Source: Balanoglossus misakiensis
Taxonomy: Eukaryota; Animalia; Hemichordata
Length of the DNA: 64,000 nt
Assembly: GCA_040954595.2 (NCBI GenBank)
Contig: CM082594.2
Span: 5,007,319 to 5,071,318 of the forward strand
Reading direction: 5' to 3'
In this document: positions 46,401 through 59,240 of the stretch, piece after piece
How positions within the stretch are numbered: position 1 is the stretch's first letter
Layout of the letters: every line of letters starts with the position of its first letter
Program-made: the position numbers and the translations under genes
The notes under the pieces: generated by a model
Seen by the model: the letters and a program-made list of their open reading frames with translations, nothing else
What the model was told of the DNA's origin: nothing
The model's database searches: none

Positions 46401-49400
46401 CACGACCAATTTTACAGTCATATATGAATTCCATTGTAATAGCTGCCATAAACTCTAGCGCTGTTGAAGAGCACTTTACAATTTGCACTCTGACCGGATG
46501 ACATGCACACAATATATTTGGTGTAAGCAAAGTTCAGACCACACATCCAGGGTCCAGTTCAACCACACCACGGCTTAGAGATGCAATACTGTAATTGGCA
46601 CTGATACACTAAACGAGGGGTGTAGCTAAGTTCAGACATCAATGGCAAAAAATTCAAACGGAGGCGAGGGTACAAACTGGCGAAGTTATGAGGAAAAGTG
46701 TTTCTTTCCTGGGGAAAAGAAGCAATCCAGGAAAGGCAGAGTATGATCTGAATAAATCTTCAGAATCTATATAGTTTTATGTATGTTGAAGATGCAACAG
46801 GTGGTTAAACCCCAACATTTCTGAAAGCTCAACTGCCATTGGTCAGAAGTATCATTTGTGGCCTAAATTGGCCAATCAGCTGCTTGGTGTGATTTCAGAA
46901 AGGATAGCCGTAACAGACAGGTTAATTCTATGACAAGAACTAATCAAAACAGTCAGACTTTTTAGAAAGTTGTACAAAACGACAAAAAGCTGGATCTCAG
47001 GGTTCAGACTGGTTATCGTTTGCACCAGGTCAAGCTGGAACAGAGTGACTATCTAAAATAGCGATCAGATTGGCTGTTTGCCCATATTGACACTCTAGGT
47101 TTAACCTGAAATATTTCTCTCGAACTCTTTGGCCTCTGTGTAACACTTGACAAAAATGAAACACCATCACTGTGCCATTCTACCAGTCCAGAAGAATTTT
47201 TACTGATATCTTTTAGAGAATGTGAACTCAATTACAAGTGGATTAATTATTTGTCACCAGGTATCTTAAATGTGTTGATAAATCCAACAATTTTATTTCA
47301 AAGTCCGGCAGCTGATGTTACAACCTCCCACCCCTTATAATTGTAATTTTGGTTTTACTCCTAATGGTTGTCAATGACGTGGTTGATCTGATATACAGCT
47401 AAATGGGGATGGAAGGATTAAAGGAAAAGAAATATCTTCAATAATATACATAAGCGTGACCCACTTGACTGATTTGACACTCTTGAGAAAACACTAGTAT
47501 TGAGAAAGTCCGTCATACCTTGTAGTTGTAACTAATTATTGATGGCATGGTTAAACTTAAAGTGTCACCTGCCCAAATGGCAAAATAATGGGGTTACTCA
47601 TTACAAACACTATGGGGTTAAAGAGTTAATCCCCTTGGTTTTGGGGAGGGGTGTTTGGTACGGAGCTTACTACACTTTGTGCGGTGCCCAAAACTGAAAA
47701 CCAGGACTTTTACGCAGAGTGTACAAAAACCAGCAACTGACCTGAATGAAATGAACAATTTTACTTTGGATGAAAGTGAAACCACAGCCTCACCACCAAC
47801 ACCGTCAACTCATCCTCAGAAAATTAAGGATCTATGATGAAACACACCCTACTCTTGTATATTAAATATGATAACTGATACGATTTACATGTATACACAA
47901 TCAAGATATCATATCTACCACATCCCCTTTCAATATCTGCATATGTCATTTTTCATGATATATATATTTACAATACTCATGGTGACCCGTATACCTTTCA
48001 AGAATTCAACTTTTGCAGTAAGAACCTTAATTTTAATTTAACAGGGCTGTATCCCCCCCCCCCCCCTCCCCTGAAAATTTCATCATTTCTCACCAACAAG
48101 ACCCTGAAATGGCACAATCTGTAAGAATGATAACAACTGACCTACCAGTACTCATTTCTATACATTCCAGCACACACTCACAGAAGAGAATTTACACAGT
48201 CTGACAGTACTGCCAACACAATAAATAAATTCACATGGTTTAATGGACACTTCTCAGAACATACCAATAAATATACTGTCACAGACACAACACAACAGTG
48301 AAAACCTAGGTGACTGTAGGCATACCAGCAACTGTTTCCTTTCATCCAAGTTTTAAAAGATCTTAGAGAAGTACCGACATGACTTTTCCATGGTATTGGC
48401 ATGTGATATCCTGTGCACATTGAACAAACTAAGCTCACTGTACCCAAAGAAAATATGTAATGTATTCATTAAGTTATCAAATAGTTCTAGCATATCTGGG
48501 GAAGAAACGCAAATGAGATCAGTGACATGGCTGATGCAAGAAATTATAACTTAAGCAAAGTCTGCAGATTAAATCACTTTCTATACAACCCCATGTTTTA
48601 CTGCCAACTTTTCAGCATTTCTTGATGAAAATGATTTATTCATTTTCAGATTAAAATTCCGACGGTACCTTCCTCGAGTAGAAACAAGAACATTAGCCAC
48701 AACTCTGTAACCTTTACCTCTCATGCATTACGCTGTATTGTATGCAACCTGACCTTAATAAAAATGCCAAGAAGGTTTGATAGATCATTTAGTAATCGCG
48801 GACAACTCGTTTAAAAACTCATTTCTGATCCCGATGCAGAATCCATCAAAATATGATGTCTTGATATCATCTTGACTTGAGATCACGAAGGAGATATATT
48901 GTAAGACAGCTGTACATGTAACATACTAGTAGATCTGGTACCAGATGTTTCAGCAGTTGCGATTTCTGCCTGAAGACACAGCCAGTACTGTATCTTTAAA
49001 TTCTCATCACCAAAAAATTATTTATAGAAAACGTACTTTAACATTTATTAAAGTTCGTCATCCATTTAAATAACGTCACACAAGTCAAAACAGGTGAATA
49101 AGCTTAAAGTTAAAGATACATTTCGTAGGAGAAAATGCGCAGCAAATGGACTTCTTTGCGATAAAAATATAATGGATGACGCATTTTGGTTATGATTAAC
49201 AGAAAATGTGCATGTGAAATTATGGTTCACGATTTGGACTCGCCCTCATTCTAGAGTCATTACTTTGCCGATTTAGCCAAAAGAAAATCTAAATTCTGGC
49301 TTTACAGCAGTAATAATATGCTTTTCTTACAATCTCTCTCGACGGAATCATTTATTTCAAGAGATTTATGGCGCGTTTATATTTGGCTTGACGCCAGCTT

Positions 49401-52400
49401 GAAAATTGTCAATATAACAAGTATTATCTGTAAACTGGTGGGACAGGTTTGGCAGACACTGGTACCATACAAATATCATAAACATTGAATTTATCTCAGA
49501 ATGATTCCGCAGATATATTCTATATGAAGTATGGGTGTGGACCCTGTTTATGTCTGACTAACCCATCTCTCTAAATTAAACATGTGTTCGGAATTTTTTC
49601 TGGTAAAAAAAATCATAGAGCCCTTCAGGAATGAAAAACACCAACTGACGGGGGTAATCATACCTGATATATTCTTGATTTCAGCAGTACCGCATTACAG
49701 TCACCGACGAGATTCGGGCACCAATTTCGGGTGTAAAATTTTCAGCAGGCGCACACGCGTACCAGTCGAGTAGCTGGTATATGCACTGTGGGGATCGAGC
49801 GATAACGAGCCTTTTGCTAAAGTTTAACAGATGACAAGGATGCTTTTATCAGTAGCCACACAAAAACCGGGGGGTGACGTCAGGTCAAATTTGGCCGAAT
49901 CGAAGGGTGGGATTTCGGCAGACGAAAATCGGGCGGGGGGACGTTTTAGTGTGTCAGAATTGACACATCAGCAACAATTTGCTAATGCTACGAAATGAAA
50001 CTACACTCGGCAGATCAAATATCGCGGTTTAAATTAAAATGCATTTTGAAGATAGACACTCTTCATGGAAATATAAGATAGTCACAGTGATATAGCACTG
50101 TGATTACGTGGGGATTAAATGACAATATCTCGGCAAATTATAACCACCACGATGTTATTTTCTTAAGACTTTAAATGCCCACTTGAAGGTGGAACGCATT
50201 TTCATTGAAAGAATCTTACATCCGATAAACCCTGTGACATTTGCTATTCATTTCAGGTGACCAAATAAATTGTCACTGCTGGGTGGGTCAAAGGTCACAC
50301 CTGCCTTATCTCTAACGCAGGTAAATTGCTTGGGTCAGACGGAAAACTACATGTGGAGTGACGTCATGACATTTTGTTCAGATACATTATTTCTGAGGTA
50401 CTTGTCCAATATAAGTTTAACTAAAGAAAGCAGTCATTTTATTTTTTGTTAATTAAAGGAGAATATGGAATTCTTTCAGCTACACGTTGAATCATGATTA
50501 AGACTATGTGGATTGATTAAAAAATATTACAAATAAAAATCATTTCTTTTTTGTAGAAAAAAGTTTTTATCTACAGTTGACCATATAACATGCAAGTATT
50601 AATATTGGTAAGGATCAATTTATTATTCACTATGCTCATTTCTGTATCAGTAGCTATCAGTTTCACAGGTTACACAGTAGACACCTATTAAAGGGATAAT
50701 CCCCCCTCCCCTTGAGAGATAACATGATTTCCTAGACAGCCTCACCCAGGAATAACTCAGGTGGATCTTTAAGAAGTAACCATTTCATTTCATTTCATTC
50801 GATGGTCGTCTTCCGTCACTTCATCAACAACTGTGTGGCACTCATGTACGTTTCAGAAACACAGTAAAGATTTCAACTTTTCATGCAAGAAATGTAGAGT
50901 ACGTTTGCTTGTAAAAACAAGATACAGTGGCAATTTAGCACAACTGTAGAATTCAGTGACTGCAGCTACAGTTGTTGAGTGTGTTGTTTTACCATATTGA
51001 CAGATTACCAACGAAAATACCAGGATGTACGTCACGTTGAAGGCCATTACTCAGATGCAGAGAAAGGTTTCAAATTCTCAGTGTTCTTTCAGGCGAAACC
51101 AACCTTCACACCACCCAGAATGGCATCCAACGTAAACATTCCCAGAAATCAATAGTACACTACATCACGGCATGGAAGGAAGCTTGCGTCTCTATGGCAA
51201 CAATCCAACAACGACCAGCTGGAGCTCACATCGTTTGTGTATAGGTGTCCACATGGTACTTTCAACCAGGCATAATGAGGCCAATTCGCTTTTGATACGA
51301 ACCAAACATGTGGAATTCTCATTGTGGTTCAAAAAGGCCTAGTTTCATTCATAAAACAGTTTGTCATTCGTTTCATTTTAAACTGCATGTCTTTGGTGAC
51401 ATGCATCTAAATTCATCTCAACAGTTTATACTAAACATTTACCTGCCTCTGTGTATCAAAACCAATTTCTGGTCAATTCTGAAATATCTAGCAAGACAAA
51501 GCCTTATCTTGTATCCTTTTGTGGAAATCTGTGAACTTCATTTTCATCTAATGGACACAGTCAATTTCACAGATAATCTCATTTACACCCTTCCAAGTCA
51601 GTTAAATTTTACAAGGCACAGATCCAAGGTTTAGCACTGCCACACATTTCGTTTAATTAACAGAGGCAACCATATGACCAATAATAATCCCAAACATAAC
51701 ATTTTATAGCTACTTGCACTTTCAGGCTGCTAGAAGGTCAAGTTCAGTGCTGGTAGTGACCCAGAAAATCTGACAAGGTCACTGCAACCAATATGTCATC
51801 ATCAAGGCCAGACAGCTGAGAATCAGTCCAGATTTCTATATCTTTGACCTGACCGAAGAGCCAATGCAAAGCATCAGCAGACATATATGCATTGTGTGCC
51901 AAAGGAATCCACTTGTCAAAGTCATATCAGACAAAAGACCCAGTAAGATAGGACGAGAGATGGACAGGGAGATTAATTTCTGGAGGGGGTCACAAGACAG
52001 GCGCGATAAAAACGTACTCTTTGGTCCAGATTCTAATGTCCACGTTGGCTGCAGGGGCATGTCATCCGCTTTTATGATATTGCGATTTGGAAAGCTGATA
52101 AATATAGCTGAAATTGATGAAGGCATCTAAAATTGTGTATATAGTGGTGTAGTGTACAATCTTGGCATTTTACCAGACGGCACAAATGCTATGATATGAA
52201 ATATGCTAGATCATGTGTATTTTAATTTACAAGTGATATTTACCAAGAGGCAACGGAATAACTAGATCAGTGCAGTCTTACAACTGCAAATGATCAACTG
52301 TCAACGGCTCAATGACTTCACGCACAGATTATTCCTCAGATAAGACTGAGCCTCTGAATTATTTTATCTTGAGGTGGACATTGAAATGCTTATTCAGAAT

Positions 52401-52432
52401 AAAGGTCATATTTGTACCCAAACATTGTCCCT

Positions 52433-52526
52433 CTAACCCTCTCACCCCCATTTTCCTATGTAGAGGTCCACCTTAGCTACAGAAAACTTAAGATTTTAAG
52501 ACCATACCATGGTGGTGAAAGGGTTT
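52433..52526 (-). mobile_element. ~90-bp TTAA MITE family copy (reverse)
   Basis: TAACCCTCTCACCCC...GGTCCACCTT...CCATGGTGGTGAAAGGGTTTA. Confidence 0.7.
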
Positions 52527-55500
52527 ATAGTTACATTACAAGACACATGTGATGTAGTTTCTGATTTTTAAGGCAACCAAACCCATCTCCCACAATAAAG
52601 GAGGTCACTCACAACACCTTCGTAATGGTGGATTGATGATGACTGGGGCGAAACTGTAAAACACTTAAAGACTCGTAAGAATTTACGGAATCACGACACA
52701 AACTGTCCAGTAACCACGGCAACATATTCCTGACCTTGCACGGTGTCCGAGACAAAATCACCACTGCCTGAGGATAGATGTATTCCTTGTGGAGCTGTTG
52801 GCATACAATCAGAGAAAATTCCGAGTCGCAAGGGACGTATGTAGCTTCTGAATAGTGTAGGGTGAAATTCCGCGATGAATCAATCAGGGCTCGATAGTGT
52901 ACATCCCAGCAGAGTAATGTAGCACTGATCGCGTTAGAAAAATAATTTACTGAAAATGGGATATCATTTTGTATGCCAATTATTAGTACAGACACATTTT
53001 TCCAATTCAATATCTCTGCCAATGTTACACATGGTACCATTGTTTTTCAACTGATCTAATCATTTATATTTCTTTTTTTTCAATATAAATTAATAAATCA
53101 GTTTGTTCTCACGCCTATTTTCATAAGTGGTTAGTCATAACTGTGTACTGTACTGTGAATAACATGAATGAGTATTCTACATTTTGCTGTTCTTTCTGAG
53201 TATCTCTCAATTTAGAATATTAAAGTAATTTAGAGAGAGTAGTGACGTCGTCTTCAGGGCTTGCCAATGTCTTTGTATAAACTACATGTATGTCATTGAC
53301 AATGTCACTTGACTGTTTCCATGGCGATGAAAACAGCTTCATTCAAAGAGAAGATTCAGGGTCTCTATGAAATGACCTTTCTGGAATTTTACATGACATT
53401 TTACTAGTGTGCCTCGCCAGAGCTGAGTTATCTCAAATCTCAAAAATACTTGGTGCAGTAAAATTTCACCACTTTTAGTGTATTTAAAAAAAAATGGAAT
53501 ACAGTACTGCTTCTCTAAGGGTAGATCTTATTCGACAAGATGATTTATACATATCACTCTAAAGCAATATAACGACTGCATCATTTGCTGAAATGAACGC
53601 TTTCAGTAGGTCACATTACTCATTTTAGAAAAATCACTTTGTGATTTGATGCAATATTTTCACCAGTGAACCGATAAAAGCCCACTTTGACGAAAATCGG
53701 CACGCACTTTTAAGAAAGTAATTAATCACCAGTGGAAAATTCTCGACACAAATGTCAAAATCCATTGACAAATGACTGAAGCAAACCGTTGAAACGTACC
53801 AATACAATTCACATACAGTACACATCCACCTCTGTGATAATTCTACCATTGATTTGTTATCCTCCCAGGGGATACCACACAATTATGTACACCCACCCAA
53901 CCTACAAATCGAACCTCTCTCTTTATTCTTTTTTTTACGTTCCGTTAACTTTTACTGTCCGAGAAGTAGGTTCATTGAAAAAATCTGTTGTCCCATAAAG
54001 TCAAGGTTTACTAACTAATTCTTTATCACTGAACACCAGTCAAACAGGATCAAGGATTCCAAGCATGTACTCAGAGCAGTCAGTTTTATTGTCGAAGATC
54101 TTTGCTCAGTTGTAGAGTCCATTCATGACAATGTACAGATTAGTGTAAAAACTTTAAGGAAACCCCTGAGGCAACATTATATCTTTCTCTCTAAAAATTT
54201 AATATACAAATCATGGACTGTGCAAAATTTGGATTGAGGAAGCAAAAATGTCTCTAATTTTCAATTCAAAATGGTCACCATTCTCTGTATTAAGTCTATG
54301 GATAAAAAAATAAATAAAACAAGACAGTCAACACCAAGTTTTCTTCTTTGTTTTCAGAAAGAGTGCTGAGTTCTCACAGACTATACCAAAGAATTAAAAG
54401 GTTTGGAAATGGGTACAATGTCAGATGGAGAATTTGTGTTAATTTTATTAGAGTTCTCCTTATTTTATTGACTAGTTAATAGCTTTGGAATGAAAGAACT
54501 GTTTGAGACAAGCCTGGGCAAGTAATCTGCCTAGACTAATTACCTTTTAAAAAAAAAAGAATGTGCATAGGCAACTTCACTGCTGTGGTTGTTGTTTGCA
54601 GAGTTCCAAAAGTTATAATGCTTCAGAAATACACTCCAAAGATAGCAACTGTGTCCTTAATTTCAGGTTCACAGACAGCTGCCAGGTGAAAGGTCATCTG
54701 AGGTCGCGCAGACCAACTTCTGCAGAGGAAGTCTGGCTGTTAAAATCTACCTCACTAAATGGGCCAATAACTTCCTGATTTTAATCATCCCTGAATTCAC
54801 CCCCATGTTCGGATGTTATTTGTGGAAATATTGTGGAATTTATGATAAAGCGTTAAAGTATTTTAACACAGTTTGGTTCCATATTCATTGTAGAATTTCG
54901 TGTGGCATTTCCTAAACTACCAATTTTCACATTACTCACTGATGATGTGGGGTGGGGTGGGGGTGTGGCAAATGCTCAGTATCTCAGGGACTCCTGAAGT
55001 CGTACTTTTGGAAATTTGCAATTTTCGTCATAATCATTTTCCCATTCAATAAATTAAGATCTGCTCGATCAACTTACAATAAATTTTCTCCTGCAGACAT
55101 TTGTCTGTTTCCTTGTTTGAGGTTTGCTAGTTCTCATTGTGCAAATGATGGATTTGAAAATAGTATGTGCAGTGTCCAAAAATACAAGTGTATGCGAATT
55201 CAATTTAGTAACATTTCAGAATTTCATGAGCTCTTGAATGAAAGCGAATCTGATTCAATAGAAAATGTTTGTTCCAGTGTAGAAATCCGTGTTTTTTTCT
55301 GCAGACATTACGTCACATTACGTCATCGTTCACGTTTGTCGTCCAGTAGAAAACGGTAGAAAGTTAGGAAGTTGAGGGTAAACAATGCTTCCGGGTGTTG
55401 TCTAGCGAAAGGGCTTGTCGGCAAGTCGTGAGGAAGTAATAGTGACTCTAAGGGGCATGCGGTGTGACCTAGAACTCAAAATGCCTGAGTTACGACACAC

Positions 55501-55791
55501 ATTTTTCAATGGAATTCCGCATGCCAGGTACACACCCAACGACTACACGATACACTTGGACGCGTTCACTTACTGTTACATGTAAAGCCAGGTGAGATAT
55601 CGCCAGTCAAAAGTTGACTTTAACGTCAAAAAGATGGCAAACTAACACAGAGCTTCTGTCAGAAGCTTGTTATATAAACCCCAAAGAGTGATTTACAAGT
55701 AAAAGTTATGGGCGTTCGTTCGATAAGCTTCCTCACTACGTAAACCGCAGGTACACACACAGTAAACGTACGTGAGCGAAGCAACACTCAC

Positions 55792-56050
55792 CTATCTCTG
55801 TCAAAACTCTTCCACCGTGGTTCTTTTGAAGAAGAAAAATGTTTTCGAGCTGTCGTCGTCGACTTCCACTCGCTGGACGTCTCTGGTCAGTGTCAGTCGA
55901 CACTCGGTCAACCTTTTACACTAGATCCCCGGAAATAACTATCTTGTTATGCTGAAGACCGGTAGACTTTCAACCGTCCACATCAGCCATTTTGCCAACT
56001 GCGGCTGCGCCCCCGCATTGAGGTCAAAGGTCGTCCCCACGCATTGTAGA
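55792..56050 (-). promoter_or_regulatory. probable myosin I promoter and non-coding first exon
   Basis: CpG-rich island just downstream of the EPC poly(A) region. Strong donor ATAG|GTGAGT at 55792/55791, no ATG in the ~170 nt before it, ETS motif CCGGAAAT at ~55929. Myosin coding exon 1 begins with an acceptor, so it needs an upstream exon. Confidence 0.55.
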
Positions 56051-56259
56051 AAGTTGACGTCGCAGTTTTCACGTTCTTTGAATCATTGCAAATCTTTATC
56101 AACTCACCAATTGCAATGTGCCATATTAAACCTTGTTGTATGCAATGCAGTGCCGCATGTTCGACAATAGACGAACCATCGCATGTTTCTACAAAATGTC
56201 TAAGTTGGCAGTGTACAAAGTAGGACTTGGACTCAGAGTTTATCATTCTCTAATCTCGG

Positions 56260-56265
56260 TTTATT
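56260..56265 (-). terminator. probable EPC polyadenylation signal (3' UTR ~2.9 kb)
   Basis: AATAAA on the minus strand at the end of a U-rich tract, just before the CpG-rich promoter-like segment. Confidence 0.45.
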
Positions 56266-59167
56266 TTAAGAATAAATCAATGAATAAAGCATGACTACAA
56301 TAACTTGAGATGCAGATCAATTAAATGTATCAATTCTCTGTTCATACAACCACAACTACTCACAGATGATCATGTATTTCCAAACAGCCACGCAGCCGAA
56401 CTTCCCAGTCAATGCAGTCAAATAAAGTTGCAAGTGCACGCACATACAACAGTCCGTGCGTAGCGCCCTCTAGAGACATGAGTAAACAAACGACAGGGTC
56501 TGTTATTGCTCACCCTTGCTTCAAATTTTAACAAAGCTCCTACCAAATTTATGACTATTTTTTTCTGCTATTACAAGCAAATTGAAAAACCTAGTCCAGT
56601 TTGTCAACACTTCTTGTACAGGACTTGTGTCATATTCAGTTATGCAAAGCTGCCCGACAGTGTGTTATCTCCACACAGCAACATGCAAAATAATAACAAA
56701 ACAACAAAATCCACTTTTATATTTCTTTTATTTTCAAAGTTGTTACAACGCAACTTGACTTCATTTTTGTTAAAAGTTGCATTGCTCGAAAGGACAATTA
56801 AATCTGTATGCAACCATCCTCCTCCTTGCCTCTCATTAGTTGAAAGACACCAACTTGCGACACGAATGTACCCCCCGAAAAAGTGGGGGCGATCATCTGA
56901 TACAATAAATATACAAATACAAAAAAATGTTACAAAACAATTGTCAGAGGTTGATTTCGTTACTTTAAGACCATTCCTTTACACGTTCATTAAAGCGCCA
57001 GAATCTGGGATAATGGACAATTTTTTTTTCTTGCAAATAATTAAATATTAGCTGTAGCTTTCGGGTTGTTTTTTTATGTTTCACTACAGTTTCTTGTTCT
57101 ACTCACTGGAACATGTTGAAATGTCCACAATTCAGCTTCCTTACACCTTACATATAAGTTAACATGACTGTTGATTTGAAAGTTGAAGGTATCTAAACTA
57201 AACAATGCCACTATACATATAGAGGGTTCGGAAAGCTGAATTTTATCCATTTCAATGTACTTCAGAGTTAAGAACAAGAAACAAAGCACTGAAACAAAAC
57301 AAAAACAAAGCCACTGTCTCTTCAACACAAACTAACAAACTGCAAAGAGCTGCCTGCTGTTTTGCCACTCAATTACACAGCGTTGCTGAGTGGAGGAAAG
57401 TGTTCAAGTACCTGGAAGGCCCTAACCCTAAATTTGTAACCAAGTGAGGCAAAACTGCAGAGAATTCAACATCACTAACATCCACTTGGGTCAACTCTCG
57501 ATTCATATATACAAATTAACTTTTTTTTAACTTTGTGCCAGACAACATTGAATTTCAACTCCAGATGAAAAAAAAAATCAGTTTATAAAAATATAACATC
57601 TATGGCAAAGCAGGCACAACTATACACATTTGGAAAAAAACCAAGCTTTAAGAAAATTGACCAGATTCTGAACAAAACAGCACAAAAAAGTGACCATTAT
57701 CACAGATGCTGGCGCTTTAACCTGAATTTTGCAGTTATATTTTTTTAATTATTTACAATACAATTTTTTTCTCTTGTGAAGAAAAGATGTACATATACTT
57801 ATATACTGAACATTCTCATGGACCTGAAGGAAGTCTGTGGGGGAAAGGTGAAGCCGATATACAAAGCTGAAAGAATAACCTTGACTGAGTAATACATCAT
57901 GTGCCCTGAATGGATAGCATAGAATACCTGTATACTAAAGATTTCAACGGAATTTTCTCTTTTTTTCAGGTGGGGAGGGGGGGGGGATACATTTTTGGGC
58001 GAAGATATTTCTTCTGAAAGTCAGATACTGAAGGCAAAGCTCACATCAACATACAATTGTGTACCAGATTACTGTTGTGAAGTGCTTGAGTGAATAGATG
58101 GATGGACGTCCTGCCAGTTTTGCAGATCACCCAAACCATTTACAACTAACCACAAAGATTCACACATCAGAATCCACAAATATTTCTACAGACTTGCCGA
58201 CATTTTTATACTTTTTTTTAAAACACACTTATGTACCGTTTTATCTTTTTTTCTTGCACTCAAATTGCATCCAATTTGCCTGAATATTTTCAGATAATTT
58301 TTCTGTCAGACACAAATACTTGTGTGAAAATTCTTCAGTCATTTAGGTGAAAGTGCTTGCAATAATAATCTCAAGCTGTTGGTCATCTCACTCTCATCTA
58401 CATTGTGGGTTTAACCGTGTTTTCAAGGACTGTTCCAAAACAAGTTGGGGGAAAAACAGGTTAGTGTTGGAAATTAGAACGTTGGTAGGAGGCTTTGCAA
58501 TTACATGTAGTGTGAATTCAAATAAGAATAAGTACCGTCAAACATCACTTTCACAAAAAAAGTGTCGCGCACCTTTGGATATACTCGAAGCAGTTGCTAA
58601 TTTAGGAGTTGTAACAATAAATAAAGGAGCCATATTAAAATGCAGGTGGGAATATAAAAATTGCAATTTCTTCACTTATAAGGACGGGTTTTCTGTTTCT
58701 AGTAAAAACATGGCATTGATTTCAGCTGATATATTTTTTAAATAGTTCATTGTACTTGCCCTTGTCATATACATAAACCTGAAACTTTTTTTTGCAGAAA
58801 AATTCATTGGATGATGTGCGAGTAAAAAAGAGACCATATCTACAGAATTATTTTGCTCCAGGCGCAAATGCTATAGAAGCGGAAGAGATTATCTACAAAA
58901 GGCTATACAGTGGCCAGCAAAAGAGCTGCCGAGGTCCATGAGAATGATACACTGAATTTTTTTTATCACAGTCTCGATACGATAAAACTACCCAAACTCC
59001 AACTTGTTCAACACCATACATTCAGACAAAGATCTTGAGAATTCATTCCAAAGTGTGTGTGTGTCTCTTGATTCCCTGGGGGGCGGGCGGCGGAGTCCCA
59101 GCGCGTTCGTTCCGTATTTGGCAGAGTGTTTCCGGGAAAAGCGGTGTGTGTGTGTGTTGCAGTCGCG

Positions 59168-59240
59168 TCACGTTACTTCCATCACAACTGTTTTGTCGTT
59201 GCTCATGCCTGCGAGGGCGTTTCTGTTTTCATGTGTTTCT
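59168..59240 (-). CDS. EPC1: EPC last coding exon
   Basis: ETHENRNALAGMSNDKTVVMEVT*; the MEVT* end resembles vertebrate EPC. Confidence 0.9.

Noticed and set aside
56506-57051. 181-aa plus-strand ORF
   Set aside because: Antisense to the probable EPC 3' UTR, non-ATG start, no homology recognised.
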